Source: Tubiluchus corallicola (Eukaryota; Animalia; Priapulida). Taken from it: DNA of 33,310 nucleotides. How positions within the stretch are numbered: the first letter of the stretch is position 1; the number at the start of each line of letters is the position of its first letter. Location: the NCBI GenBank assembly GCA_030141605.1, contig JAQGDQ010001593.1:1-33310 (forward strand). Direction: 5' to 3'. The notes beneath the pieces were generated by a model. The model was not told the origin of the DNA, made no database searches, and saw nothing but the letters and a program-made list of their open reading frames with translations. Position numbers and translations under genes: made by a program. Below, one piece after another: positions 1-12,043 of this stretch.

Positions 1-7
1 TAGCTGC

Positions 8-40
8 AACTGAACGAAGTACACAGAAGTTACGTATTGC
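8..40. other. Oxford Nanopore ligation adapter remnant (technical, not genomic)
   Basis: 8-23 AACTGAACGAAGTACA matches the reverse complement, and 29-40 GTTACGTATTGC the forward strand, of the ONT adapter AATGTACTTCGTTCAGTTACGTATTGCT. Confidence 0.9.
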
Positions 41-543
41 AAATGGATTTCCGCTGGTAAATACCGTCTCTTTTTGAACATGTAAATCGGTTTCCATTGG
101 TAAATATCGTCTCTTCCTGAACATGTAAATGGGTCTCCACAGGGAAATACCGTCTCTTCCTGAATATGTAAATGGGTTTCCACTGGTAAATACCGTCTCT
201 TCCTGAATATGTAAATGGGTTTCCACTGGTAAATACCGTCTCTTCCTGAACACGTAAATCGGTTTCCACTGGTAAATATCGTCTCTTCCTGAACATGCTA
301 ATGGGTTTCCACAGGTAAATATCGTCTCTTCCTGAAAATGTAAATCGGTTTCCACTGGTAAATATCGTCTCTTCCTGAACATGCTAATGGGTTTCCACTG
401 GTAAATATCGTCTCTTCCTGAAAATGTAAATCGGTTTCCACTGGTAAATATCGTCTCTTCCTGAAAATGTAAATCGGTTTCCACTGGTAAATACCGTTTC
501 CTCCTGAACGTGTAAATGGGTCTCCACTGGAAAATATCGTCTC
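41..543. repeat. 43-bp minisatellite, ~11.7 copies
   Basis: Unit AAATCGGTTTCCACTGGTAAATATCGTCTCTTCCTGAAAATGT; copies start at e.g. 428 and 471. Confidence 0.95.
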
Positions 544-882
544 TAGTAAATATTTAGTTAAACATTCATGAATATTAACTTTTCAAAACATTTGTATTTC
601 TGCAGACACGTGTAAGTAGGAATTTTACTCTTTGTTTCTCTCCTGTATCCATTTTAACTGTCTTGTTTACAAATGTACAAATTAAATTGTTTTATGTATC
701 TAAATTTTAATGTATCCATGGACCTAATGAATGCCTTGCAAAGAAGTTTATGTTTTCACACTCGGATCACGACTTGGTAGCAAACCTTGCTACTGCAATA
801 TTGCTCTTTGCAAAATGGTAATAAAATCTTTTTTTTCTTTAACTGTTACAATACTTTTCTGATCAGTTTCTCTGCTTCGTAG

Positions 883-992
883 GCGTGTTACCCATGGCAT
901 TTATAGAAGTCCATCCTACTAATGTGACCACTAGAGCAGGAGAAACAGGCGTCTTAGTGTGCACAATTGGAACTAATGAAGAAGAACCAATG
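883..992 (+). CDS. IgSF receptor gene A, exon D1a (first half of V-like Ig domain)
   Basis: tcgtag acceptor and gtacaa donor; (G)VLPMAFIEVHPTNVTTRAGETGVLVCTIGTNEEEPM; same 110-nt length and phases as the paralogous exons at 18082 and 29039. Confidence 0.88.
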
Positions 993-1029
993 GTACAAAT
1001 TTTTTGACCATCTTCAGATATACAACATT

Positions 1030-1103
1030 TTGATGTTGCTGCTGATGATGCTGGTGATGATGATGATGGTGGTGGTGCAGGTGGTGGGGATGATGATTTT
1101 GAA

Positions 1104-1134
<31 letters not shown>

Positions 1135-1616
1135 ATGATGATCACAATGACGATGACGATGACGATGATGATGATGACGACGATGACGACGATGATGATG
1201 ACGATGATGGTTGTGACGGTGGTGGGGGTGGGGGTGGGGGTGATGGTGAAAATATGAATGATAAAAATGAGGATACTAAAGATGGTGTTGATGATGATTG
1301 ACGACGACGATGATGATGTTGATGATGATGATGATGATCACAATGACGATGACGATAACGATGATGACGACGACGACGTTGATGATGATGACGATGATGG
1401 TGGTGGCGGTGGTGGTGGTGGGGATGATGGTGAAAATATGGATGATAAAAATGAGGATGCTCATGATGGTGATGATGATGATGATGATGGTGGTGATGAT
1501 GGTTGCGATGTTGAAAATATGAATGATAAAAATGAGGATACTAAAGATGGTGTTGATGATGATTGACGACGATGATGATGATGATGATGATGATAATGAT
1601 GATGATGATGATCACA

Positions 1617-1647
<31 letters not shown>

Positions 1648-1654
1648 CGACGAC

Positions 1655-1691
<37 letters not shown>

Positions 1692-1780
1692 GTGGTGGCG
1701 GTGGCGGCGGTGGTGGTGGTGGTGGTGGTGGTGGGGGCGGTGGCGGTGGTGCGGGCGTTGATGGTGATGATGATTGTGGT
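1030..1780. repeat. (GAT/GAC/GGT)n trinucleotide low-complexity tract with an internal ~265-bp duplication
   Basis: Direct reading; the block GAAAATATGAATGATAAAAATGAGGATACTAAAGATGGTG occurs at ~1248 and ~1513. Confidence 0.9.
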
Positions 1781-2417
1781 GATAAGATATATTCAATGAT
1801 TATTATTCATATTTGTCGCAATTATCGGGCCTTTGTTTTGCGTTTCCAAGGCAACAAACGTTCCTGACCTATGTGCTCTCTAATTTATTTGTTTATTGAC
1901 ATAAATAAAATATATTTTCTTAGATTGCTTTAAAATTATGTTCATAATTTTAAGCGTAAACTTAATTTACACTACCGCTGTATAGAGATTTACAGGCGTG
2001 AGGTAACTCGTATTCACTTGAAAATCATGACGTAATTGGGTAACTTCGTGACTTTTCGTAAGCGCATCGTGGGTTTCCGAAAGCGCGCAAACTAATTCAA
2101 ACTTCTGCAGCTTAACTAATGTTCATGGTTAGCTGAATTGCGTGACGCTGCTGTTCTTCAGTTGATGAATGACGTCACTGTTGGAAAAATAACCGTTCAA
2201 AATGGGAGTGCCCAAGCATGAAATGATTCGACTTTAAAATGATTTTACTAATTACAGGATGTGCTTATCGCAGTTTTGTTACCAACATTAAAATAAGGCT
2301 AGCTTCAGGAAAACTCTCCACTTACATAAAGCTTAAAAAATTCGTGCTGAAATTTTATACCACTTACACACTAGCTTTTTGCATACCGGGCTTGTATCGC
2401 CATAACCTGAAACAAAC

Positions 2418-2795
2418 GTGAGTGGCGTACCCTGGAGGGTGAGTCAGCGACATTTTACCAATTGATGAAAACATTTTAAACAATTGATAATTTTCCTTTC
2501 TGGTTACGTAAGTCTTTCAAGCAGGTAAGCGAAATGCTAAGTAACATAACTTTGCATGGAAAGTTTTTAGGGACACAATTTAACATTGTCTTTTCTTCCG
2601 CTGATTTACGTTGTGCGTATATGACGTCATGTAATGGCGCCATTGGAAGATTATCGCAGGAAATTTAAAATGAAAACAAACAAAAAATCCTTTCAACGCG
2701 AGTACGGTGTACGTGTAAAATTGTTATAAAGTAATATAATTTTTAAGGTTGATTTTTCTGAAACCTACTTCAGGTACCCCTTTTCTTGTCCTTTG
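2418..2795 (-). mobile_element. Dispersed non-coding repeat (probable non-autonomous DNA transposon), inverted copy
   Basis: Reverse-complement similarity to 7498-7860 (AAAGGACAAGAAAAGGG...ACGTAAATCAGGGGAAGAAAAG...CGCCACTCAC); partial copies at 8400-8600, 17190-17340 and 27493-27607. Confidence 0.7.
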
Positions 2796-2878
2796 AGCTG
2801 TGGTAAATTCACATGCTATAATAATGCAATTTTAGTCCCAGACCCAATGAACGAAACATTTGTTTTTGTTTTTTAAAG

Positions 2879-3113
2879 ACATGGCAGGCCCAGTGGTACA
2901 GAGCTGACACTGCACTGGGACCTTCTCTAGGAGCTGCATGGCCAGACTATAATTATGCAGACCCTGATCACATAGACGGAAATTATGACATAAGAATATC
3001 AAATGCAGATTTGTTTGAGGATGACAGCTGGTTTAACGTTCATATAACTGCAGTAGAAAGTGGCGGACGAGTGATTGAAGTCGTTTCAGACGCAGCTTAT
3101 TTCCACGTGGCAG
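2879..3113 (+). CDS. IgSF receptor gene A, exon D1b (second half of V-like domain)
   Basis: ttttaaag acceptor and gtaagt donor; TWQAQWYRADTALGPSLGAAWPDYNYADPDHIDGNYDIRISNADLFEDDSWFNVHITAVESGGRVIEVVSDAAYFHVA; open frame, phase 0 to 1. Confidence 0.9.
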
Positions 3114-3316
3114 GTAAGTCAAGAAACAGGAGAGGTTTTTACGTCAGAATACGCGTAGAAATGCTGATTAGATTAGCATTAATTAATGCCATTAATTATG
3201 ATTTTATTCCGCCATTAATTATGATTTTATTCCGCCATTAATTATGATTTTATTCCATTATTTAATTATCGGATACGGTTTTGCAGTCATCCAGTCTTCC
3301 TTTTACGCTTTTTTAG

Positions 3317-3465
3317 TCAAGCCAGAAGCCGTGTATTTTGCTCAGAATGAAAGTGAATGGGAGAAACCTACGTTTTTCCACGACCACGAAGAACAGATAC
3401 AATGCGTCGCGGAAGACACAAATCCTGCGCCTGAATCAATCATATGGTATATGGCATTAGAAGAC
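3317..3465 (+). CDS. IgSF receptor gene A, exon D2a (C2-like Ig domain, first half)
   Basis: ttttag acceptor and gtaagt donor; (V)KPEAVYFAQNESEWEKPTFFHDHEEQIQCVAEDTNPAPESIIWYMALED; Ig C...P.P..I.W motif; 149 nt like the paralogue at 20597. Confidence 0.92.
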
Positions 3466-3719
3466 GTAAGTATTGCATTTTTCACAAAAATCCTGTAATC
3501 TAATTTCGTTTGGTTTTGATTTGTCTTGTGCCAGCCGCCCCACCAGCCAGACGAGGCAGACGAGAAAACCCGCTAGTCGGAACTGGAGTAACAGCTGCTT
3601 TCAAGTCAAATTCTCTCCTTATCTTTGGAGTATCTTTAGGAGAAATTTTTCCTGGTAGCAACAACCTCTAACAAACAAGTCATTAGCAAACAGAGGACTC
3701 TTGTTTTTGTACACCATTA

Positions 3720-3823
3720 TTCAAATTTTTACCTCAATACTATCCCTCCTTATGCGGACCCCAGACGAGGCTCGACGGATCCACTCTGCATAAGGAGGGA
3801 TAGTATTGAGGTAAAAATTTGAA
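3720..3823. repeat. Perfect 36-bp inverted repeat with a 32-nt spacer (hairpin mini-element)
   Basis: 3720-3755 TTCAAATTTTTACCTCAATACTATCCCTCCTTATGC is the exact reverse complement of 3788-3823. Confidence 0.92.
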
Positions 3824-4570
3824 GAAGAAACACCGTAAATCAGTGTTTTCAACCATATAAGTGGCGTATTATTGGGATTACAGAAAAGTCGATACAGACT
3901 TCTCCACATTATGACAAGCCAGGTTCACACCCAGGTCAATTCAGGATCACTTTAAGCATGTGAGTCGATTCTAGTCAGAAGTTGTTCAGTGGGACGTTGC
4001 AACAGTTACAACACTGCCTAGTATCATCAGCATAGATAGCAAGCTTTGAGAACAAATATGGTGATAGATCCCTGAGAAATATTGAAAACTGAGTAGGGGC
4101 CTCCACAAATCCTTGAAGAACACCAGCACTGATTTAAGACACAGAAGAAGAATGCAGCGCAATATTTCACAGCGCTTGGTTGTGTAGATAATAAAATTTG
4201 TTTCCAATTCCATCAATTATGACAAGTATGACAAGTATGACAATTTTAATTTTAATTTTTTTTGCTTAGCTAAGGAACTGTCATTATTATAATTTATGGC
4301 GTTCCTGGGATTTAAATGAAGATCTACAACTTATTTTCACTAAGTTCGTAAATTTTTTTAGACTTATCACAAACTGATGCACACACAAATGTCATTGAAC
4401 TGTTTCTCTTTTCAATTATTTGCTGCTCAAGTGCCGTGTGAAGTACTTTGTTTGTTAGTAGTTTTGTACTGTGTATGTTTTGTGTCAAAATATTTCTCTG
4501 TTGAAATTCTAACTGTCTTGTAAACCACTGAAAATGTATTTGTTTGAAGAATTTTACACACGATTTTCAG

Positions 4571-4778
4571 GATTTCGAAGAAATAACCACAGGCGTGACT
4601 TGGCATGAAATAACTGGCGAAGACGACAAACTTAACACCTACATCAGCACACTAACATTCGTGGCGGACAAGGCAGATAATGGGAAAGTGCTGAAATGCA
4701 AAATAGATCACGTGGCTTTTGGTGAATTTGACCAGCTAAGCGGATTTATTGAGTTGAACTGCACGATGGACATTCAAT
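4571..4778 (+). CDS. IgSF receptor gene A, exon D2b
   Basis: ttttcag acceptor and gtgtgt donor; DFEEITTGVTWHEITGEDDKLNTYISTLTFVADKADNGKVLKCKIDHVAFGEFDQLSGFIELNCTMDIQ; D-N-G-x-x-L-x-C F-strand motif. Confidence 0.9.
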
Positions 4779-4830
4779 GTGTGTATTTGTCTTGATATTA
4801 TTTTGTTTGAATTGAGCTCTAGTAAGCAGC

Positions 4831-5105
4831 TTTTAGCACGTTTTTAATATTAGCTCGTATGGGCTTATTTTGGCAGACATATATAAGCATTTATAGCTCA
4901 AAGAACTATTATTGCCGACTGTAAATAATAAACTACAACTACATAACAGAAACATAATTACCCCAGCTTTTAGTACGTTTTTAATATTAGCTCGCATGAG
5001 CTTATTTTGGCAGACATATATAAGCAATTATAGCTCAAAGAACTATTGTTGCCGACTGTAAATAATCAACTACAACTACATAACAGAGACTATTAGTACC
5101 CCATT
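4831..5105. repeat. ~137-bp tandem duplication (2 copies)
   Basis: TTTTAG(C/T)ACGTTTTTAATATTAGCTCG...CTACAACTACATAACAGA occurs twice in tandem. Confidence 0.85.
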
Positions 5106-5107
5106 TT

Positions 5108-5232
5108 CACCCTAAGTGAGCGCAGGGCAACAGCACGTACCACTTTTAAAGCCATTATTATGACTCGGCCGCTGTATCGAACTCACGACCTCCCAGACGG
5201 AAAGCAGGCGCGTTACCGTCTGGTCAACTATA
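5108..5232 (-). mobile_element. tRNA-derived SINE fragment
   Basis: The minus strand reads ...GACCAGACGGTAACGCGCCTGCTTTCCGTCTGGGAGGTCGTGAGTTCGATACAGCGGCCGAGTCATA..., a Pol III B-box-like GTTCGATAC followed by a non-tRNA core; related copy at 31055-31178. Confidence 0.7.
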
Positions 5233-5578
5233 GTTGAACAACTGACATTATAACACAAAGGAGCGATATTAGATTATATTCGTGAACAATACAGCATTAT
5301 AACAATAGCTGATATAGAAGCATTTTTAAGCTGTTAGTATTGCTGAGTCAGTTGAATGTTTTAAGCCCTGAGTATTATGCATTACGTACCACCGCGTTTC
5401 ACACGTTGTTATATTGAAATACGCATATGTATAAAATTATACAATTTAATGCCTATGATAATTTCCGAAACATTTGTTTTCGAAGTAATTTGATTATAAA
5501 CTGCAGGCCATATCAAATTTGGCTACTATCTGCTAAACTACAAGTATATTAATTACAGTTACTAATTTTATTATGCAG

Positions 5579-5836
5579 TTGCACCAGAAGAAATGCCTGA
5601 CGCGCCCAGCACCATTCGTGCCAACGAGGGTGACAGACTAGAAGTCGAGTGTCCAGTCACAGCTAATCCAACACCCACATTCACCTGGTTGAGAGGAAAC
5701 AAAACATTCACTGATTCAACCACCACGCTGGTGTTTTCATCAATACAGACATCTGATGCTAGGAGAGATTATTCATGTTTGGCAGAAAATGAACACGGAG
5801 CAGCTTTGTCAAAAGAATTTGAGATTGTAGTAGAGG
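5579..5836 (+). CDS. IgSF receptor gene A, exon D3 (I/C2-set Ig domain)
   Basis: atgcag acceptor and gtaaga donor; (F)APEEMPDAPSTIRANEGDRLEVECPVTANPTPTFTWLRGN...DARRDYSCLAENEHG...FEIVVE; canonical C-W-YxC motif. Confidence 0.95.
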
Positions 5837-7300
5837 GTAAGATTTTCTAAATTGTATAATTTAAAAAATGCCTCACTGCCAAATTATTATGTACTCTTAA
5901 CAAACAGATGAAATATACACGGCTGCTTTGTTTAGGTGCATTATGTTGTTATAATGTTAAATACCAAAAGTCCAAATTAAATGGAGCTGTCAACTGTTTA
6001 GGTGATCTAACTTCCTTCGTTGGAGACTAAAACTCGGAATAACGTTACTGTGTTAGTGTTTTTTTTACTTGATAATGAGTAAAAAATGCTTTTCATTCAA
6101 AAATTAATGAATTGAAAATGAACAGGTACATAGAGCTATACCTTTAAAATGAAAAAGTTCTTGCATGTAACGTTTCAGATACTTTAATTCGTTTAAAACC
6201 GGTTCGTTCAAAATAGGTCTACGACTTTTTTTGCTACCGTGAGCCACAGACGTAACTAAATAATTACAAATTAGGTACTGTTCTATTCACGAGAAACTCG
6301 GCTATCCAATCATGCTATTTTCTGGAGATTCATACGTGATTTAATCCGATAAAAGCCCCCTTTTTAGGCCAGTAGCTTAGTCTGGTTTAAGAAAAATTAA
6401 GAAAACTGCCCTTTTCAGACACACCAACTTGGTCTATTGAGTAGCTTAGTCTGGTTTACACTTGCGTGATCGTACACACTAATTTACTAAGCTCCTGCTT
6501 GCTGCAGTCCAAACTGTACAACGTTCTGCGTTATTCCAGGAAAAGCCAAACGGTGATCCATGGACAAATTAGGATCGTTTCATCTTTTGACAGGAATTGA
6601 GACCAAAGTGTATCAGAGTGTTGTGTCTGGATAGTTGAAATTTTCTACATTAGCTGATTTCACACAAGTGATACTGTACATTGTTACCCTACAAATTAGA
6701 ACTGCAATTACTGAAAGCTTTTCTCAATTTATTCATTAAAAATCGATTTTTAATTTGTTTCAATTCAGCAAATGCATTTCATATATAATTTTGCATGAAA
6801 ATCCAATGTGTGAGGAGTAGAAATCTGCAAAAATTATCAAATATAAGATAATTGTTGCGCAGTGACAGCAGGTTATCGTGAAGCCATACAAAATGCAACA
6901 AACTATTGTGGTCCTGAAAGAGTTAAGATGTTCTTTTGTTACGTAGCTCAAAATGAATTAGGAAGAGAATTATAATTAACAGATTTAAACAAAAGGAATC
7001 AAAATTATATGAAACTTTCATACAATGCCACTGAAATAAGTGCCGTCGAAAAAGGCTTTTATTAATTTTTGAATGAAAAGTAATCTAATTTTTTTACTTA
7101 TCTAAAGAAAGCTGAACACAGTTACAAAGCTTCCGGTTGATGTAGGTTATAAACGTTCTATTAAAAAGGAAGAAAGGTCATTTTAAAGTATATCACAAGA
7201 ACTTTCCACACAAAATTATGTTACATAGAATTACGCTTACCCATTTGAAAGGCTTCTGTAATTGGAAAAGAAAATTCTCAAAGGATAAGAAAAGGTGTAC

Positions 7301-7306
7301 CTCTCG

Positions 7307-7357
<51 letters not shown>

Positions 7358-7378
7358 TCTCTTTCTCTCTCTCGCTCA

Positions 7379-7460
<82 letters not shown>
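7301..7460. repeat. (CT)n-(CA)n compound microsatellite
   Basis: Direct reading. Confidence 0.97.
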
Positions 7461-7462
<2 letters not shown>

Positions 7463-7464
<2 letters not shown>

Positions 7465-7860
7465 CTGTTGCTAACACTCTATGGTTAACTTTGTATATTA
7501 AAGGACAAGAAAAGGGTCACCTGAAGTAGGCTTCAGAAAAATCATCCTAAAAATTAAATTACTTTACATCAATTTTATGCTTATATCGTACTATTATTAA
7601 AAGAAATTTTTGTTTGTTTTCATTTGAATCTCCCGTGATACTGTTAATACCGCCATATTGCATGACGTCATATGCGCACTACGTAAATCAGGGGAAGAAA
7701 AGGCAATGTTAAACTATGTCTCAAAAAACTTTCCATGCAAATCTATATCATTTAGCGTTTCGTTTACCTGCTGGAAAGATGTAACTAGAAATACTAATTT
7801 AAAATATTTGTCCCAATTGGTAAAATGTCCCTGACTCACCTCCAATGTGCGCCACTCACT
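7463..7860 (+). mobile_element. Dispersed non-coding repeat (same family as 2418-2795)
   Basis: Similar to 2418-2795 (inverted), 17190-17340 and 27493-27607; its distal part is re-duplicated at 8400. Confidence 0.7.
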
Positions 7861-8900
7861 AACCAGAAACGTATTTTTAATTTTATTGGTAACATACTGT
7901 AATTTAAAATTTTGTTAAGTTAGCAACATGTATGCTACGAATGTTCTGCTTATTTTTTCAAACTTTACATAATGTTACCTAAACTTGTTTCAAACGACCT
8001 GCCATCAAAACGGCTGCGTTTAACGGTCATCGCGGGAGTCTAAATTTACAAGTTTTATACAGCGCTACTGCTGACGCAAGCCATGCATGCAAAAAGGCAG
8101 TATGTAAATGGTTTAAAAATTCAAGAAGATTTTTTGGTTTGACGTAAGTAGAGGGCTTTCTTGTGCTTTAATAATTTAAAATATTCGTGCCACCTGGTAA
8201 GATGACACAGCTTCGCCATACCAATGACCAAAACTGACTCACCAAAAACACATTGTTGATTTTATTGATAATGAAGTAATTTAAGCTTTGCCTTAGTTAC
8301 TATGAATGTGTTTTACGAATTCTCTAGTTGTTTTTTAAACTTTATCAAATATTATCTAAACTTGTTTCAAATGATTTATCGTTAAAATGGCTGCACCCTA
8401 TTGCATGGCGTCATATGCGCACTACGTAAATCAGGGGAAGAAAAGACAATCTTAAACTATGTCTCAAAAAACTTTCCATGCAAATCTATATCATTTAGCG
8501 TTTCGTTTACCTGCTGGAAAGATGTAACTAGAAATACTAATTTAAAATATTTGTCCCAATTGGTAAAATGTCCCTGACTCACCTCCAATGTGCGCCACTC
8601 ACTAACCAGAAACGTATTTTTAATTTTATTGACGAGATACAGTAATTTAAAAATTACTTAGTTAGTAACGTGTGTGCTACGAATGCTCTGATTATTTTTT
8701 CAAACTTTACTTAATGTTATCAAAACTGGTATCAAATGACCTACCATTAAAATGGCTGCGCCTAACGGTCATCGCGGGAGTTCAAGTTTACACGTTTTAT
8801 ACAACGTTACTGCCAATGCAAGCTCTATGCCCAATAAGTGAGTGATATAAAACTTCAAGACGAATTTTTAAGGTTTATCCACAAAAGGTGTTTTCCTGTG
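7657..8900. repeat. Local direct duplication, offset 743 bp
   Basis: 7657-7888 is nearly identical to 8400-8631, followed by more diverged similarity for a further ~270 bp. Confidence 0.85.
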
Positions 8901-8937
8901 CTTTAGTGATTATTATAGTTCAAAATTGTTTTTCCAG

Positions 8938-9113
8938 GTGGAGTAAACACGGCAATGATAGCTGGATTAGTCGCCGCTGGGGTTGTCCTAGTCATCATCA
9001 TCATTGTTATCATTGTCATCATTGTCCTGCGCAGGAAGTCAAAAAATAAAAGCGACACGGAGCTAAAAGCTCCTTATGACGGCGAACCTTATCGTGCAGA
9101 GAAGGAAAAGAAG
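8938..9113 (+). CDS. IgSF receptor gene A, transmembrane exon
   Basis: tttccag acceptor and gtgagg donor; (G)GVNTAMIAGLVAAGVVLVIIIIVIIVIIVL-RRKSKNKSDTELKAPYDGEPYRAEKEKK, a hydrophobic helix followed by a basic stop-transfer sequence. Confidence 0.95.
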
Positions 9114-9248
9114 GTGAGGGTGAAGGTGATTCTTGCTTGACTGATATGAATTTGTAAATACGAGACAATTGCACCTCGTTTCAAGAATCTCAGCTTAAGC
9201 CTAAGATTCACCTTTGCATCCGGCGTCTGGAAGCAAGGAGGAACGTAT

Positions 9249-9642
9249 AATAAACTCTTTCACAGTTTTGTCTGCGCACGCGCAGTTGCTGCAGGTCAAA
9301 GGTTAAGTGTACCACAGCAACGGGTTTTAACAACAACCGTCAAGTGATGTGTGGTTAAAGCAAAGCCGTCTGTCGCACCAATTCAGTAACCTCAATTGTT
9401 TTACGCGAACTTTACTTAATTATGCATTAGTCTGTGTATAGAGTGATTTACTAGCAGAATCTTACTTGGGAACATGAAAAAATGAAGTAGATAAGGTTGT
9501 AGCTGGTTGTTAGAGCTCTTACTATTAGAACAATGAGGGCAGCGAGGCATTGTCAAGTGTACACAAATGTGTTGTCTGGTACACTTAACCTTTGACCTTT
9601 TCAAGATCACCATTAATCGCTGGAACTGTGAAAAGGCTTATT
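9249..9642. mobile_element. MITE with terminal and subterminal inverted repeats
   Basis: Ends AATAAACTCTTTCACAGTT / AACTGTGAAAAGGCTTATT; internal GGTCAAAGGTTAAGTGTACCA / TGGTACACTTAACCTTTGACC; further copies at 19974-20330, 17843-18047 (partial) and ~22070-22130 (end only). Confidence 0.85.
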
Positions 9643-9667
9643 GTAATTATAATGTAAATGTAATTAT

Positions 9668-10200
9668 AGACGTATATACATATAGACATAGAGAAACATA
9701 GACAGACATAGACATAAACATCGACATCAGCATCGACATAAACATCTTGAAGTCATGAATGATATACTTCTGAAAAGTCTTTGACGACATACTAGAAGTT
9801 TTGGTGTGCACATGGTTAGTATATAACTGGAGATGGTATTAGAGGTTATGAAAAGAGGTGAAACAAGCAAAATAAACATGGTGGGTGCGAGCTAAGACAC
9901 AGTTAGATTTACAGACAGGTTAGGTGGGATGGCACCCTCATGGTAGAAAAAGCAGAGGGTGCTAGTGCTCGGAAGTGATCTCTAGAAGAGATTTCTCTGA
10001 TGTCCGGTGGAAGTTTGTTCCACAAACGTATTGCTCTGAGGTAGAAGGAGTATAAATAAATATTGACTCTTGCTGATGGCTGAACAAATTTGTTGTTATC
10101 TTTGAGAGATGGGGTGATGTAAGTTGGTAAATTTATACCTATCCTTATCGGGCCTTGCTATCTACTGTAGGAGGTTTTTCTCTGCATACGTACCATTGTC
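9668..10200 (-). mobile_element. 5'-truncated CR1/L2-group LINE 3' end
   Basis: The minus frame reads FVQPSARVNIYLYSFYLRAIRLWNKLPPDIREISSRDHFR (the SF..R.IR.WN.LP motif at the end of CR1/L2 ORF2), followed by a 3'UTR and an (ATGTCT)n-like tail. Confidence 0.8.
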
Positions 10201-10717
10201 TCTCCTTTGGTACTTTCACTCACATTTATTTTTGTGTACCTACGCTATGTCAAATAAAGAAAAAATGCCTAATGATACACAAACCACGTTGATAGACCTA
10301 AACGCACTGATATGTTTTCAACACATGTACCGACACGTTTGCAAGCATGTGCTGATATAAAATATAAATATATAAATAAATTTTATGTTTATATTTTTTA
10401 GGTTTAATAAATTTTATATAAATATATAAAAATATTAAACGATATGTTTGCGATACATGTACCAATTCGTAGACCTATATGTGCCAGTATGTTTGCGATA
10501 CATGTACAAATACATAGAGCTACATGTAGCAACTGCTATGTTTTCCATACATGTACCAATATGTAGACATACATGCCACCGATATATAGTCAAACATTCA
10601 CTGATAAGTTTGCCTTACATATGTAGACTTATATATAGCGATATGTTGTCATTAAATTTTTGTACTACATTATTTGATGTACGATCTTTGATAAGAAACT
10701 GATTTTTTTAATCACAG

Positions 10718-10909
10718 GATCCAGAATGGGAACCAACATCCGTCGCTGCAACGAAAACGAGTGGAGAATACGAGAATCCCGAAGCTACGGACTTGGATGA
10801 GACGCCAAGTCGAACCAGACAGTCTTACGCAGCAGCAATGCACAGACCAAAGACACTACCTCCTCCGCCGCCAAACCCGATGGAACCAGTCGACGAATCG
10901 GTAGCTTAG
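10718..10909 (+). CDS. IgSF receptor gene A, terminal cytoplasmic exon
   Basis: atcacag acceptor; DPEWEPTSVAATKTSGEYENPEATDLDETPSRTRQSYAAAMHRPKTLPPPPPNPMEPVDESVA*; paralogous to 24845-25048; missed by the ORF track. Confidence 0.92.
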   Translation, partial: DPEWEPTSVAATKTSGEYENPEATDLDETPSRTRQSYAAAMHRPKTLPPPPPNPMEPVDESVA

Positions 10910-10969
10910 TACGCGTAGATTTAAATGTACTTGTTGTTGAATACACCATTGAATGTTTTTGTACATTAA

Positions 10970-11660
10970 GTAAACCTGCTGTACCTATGTTTAAATACAC
11001 TGTTTGGAAGTGTTTTGTATACATGGCATGCTGTTCCCATTGTTGTACAGGCTACAGAAAATATTATATGTGCATCGAATATACGTACGTACTGTGCTCA
11101 TTGTTAAATACACACTGCCAGACAAATGTTCTGCAAGCATGATGTAAACATGCTGTACCCAATGCTAAATACACTGTAGGAAAATGAACCCTGTACATGA
11201 AATATACCTACTGTACCTATTGTTAAATACACTGTCAAAAAATGTTCTAAAATTATTATGAAAAACATGCTGTACCCAATGCTAAATGCACTGTAGGAAA
11301 ATGATCCGTGTACATGAAATATACCTGCTGTACCTATTGTTAAATACACTGTCAAAAAATGTTCTAAAATTATTATGGAAAACATGCTGTACCCTTTGTT
11401 ATAGACGCTGTAGGAAAATGATCCGTGTACATGAAATATACCTGCTGTACCTATTGTTATATACACTGTCAAAAAATGTTCTAAAATTATTTTGGAAAAC
11501 TTGCTGTTCCCATTGTTATATACGCTGTAGGAAAATATTTTGCAGCACGAAAAATAGACGCACTGCGCTCACTGTTAAATACACTGCAAGAAGCTGTTGT
11601 TTGTACAAGAAATAAATGTACTCTACCCATTGTTCAAGACACTGTAGAAAAACGTGTGTA
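10970..11660. repeat. 117-bp tandem repeat (dimer of ~58-bp subunits), 3 conserved copies plus degenerate flanks
   Basis: CATGCTGTACCC unit starts at 11149, 11266 and 11383. Confidence 0.88.
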
Positions 11661-12043
11661 TATGGCTTGGAATGTGTTAGTTGCCTCCATGTTTGTATAG
11701 GATTGCTGCTAACATCAGTATACATTTTAATAGACAAGTTGCTCAAACAGAGAGATAGTCATTCCTACGTTCAAGAACCACATCATTTGCAATTAAATTT
11801 CAGTCCATTCAGTGCTATACATTACTTCGAGTAGAAAACACTAATTATGTTGAAATAAACTAATAGCGTAATAGATTATTATAGTCTATAGCGTTAAGGA
11901 AGGTTTATAAATCCCGCTTTTTTGTAAGAGAAATCTTATTCCAAATATTGTAGCACGAGACTGATAAATTAGCTAGTTTTGAACAGCTATCCAGAAATAA
12001 CAGAACTCACAGAGTGATAAATATAATAAATTTGATATACATG

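Noticed and set aside
568-820. Candidate leader exons for gene A (ATG 568, ATG 718)
   Set aside because: ATG 568 gives the wrong phase at the gtaagt donor and neither encodes a hydrophobic core; the leader is probably upstream of the window.
967-1867. Poly-Met/Asp/His/Gly ORFs
   Set aside because: Translations of an intronic trinucleotide tract that is open in several frames; the real exon ends at 992.
5108-5232. Functional tRNA gene
   Set aside because: No complete cloverleaf is apparent, it runs into a non-tRNA core, and a diverged copy lies at 31055; a SINE fits better.
10815-10845. QSYAAAM and PYDGEPY as ITIM/ITAM motifs
   Set aside because: They do not fit [SIVL]xYxx[ILV] or YxxL/I-x6-8-YxxL/I.
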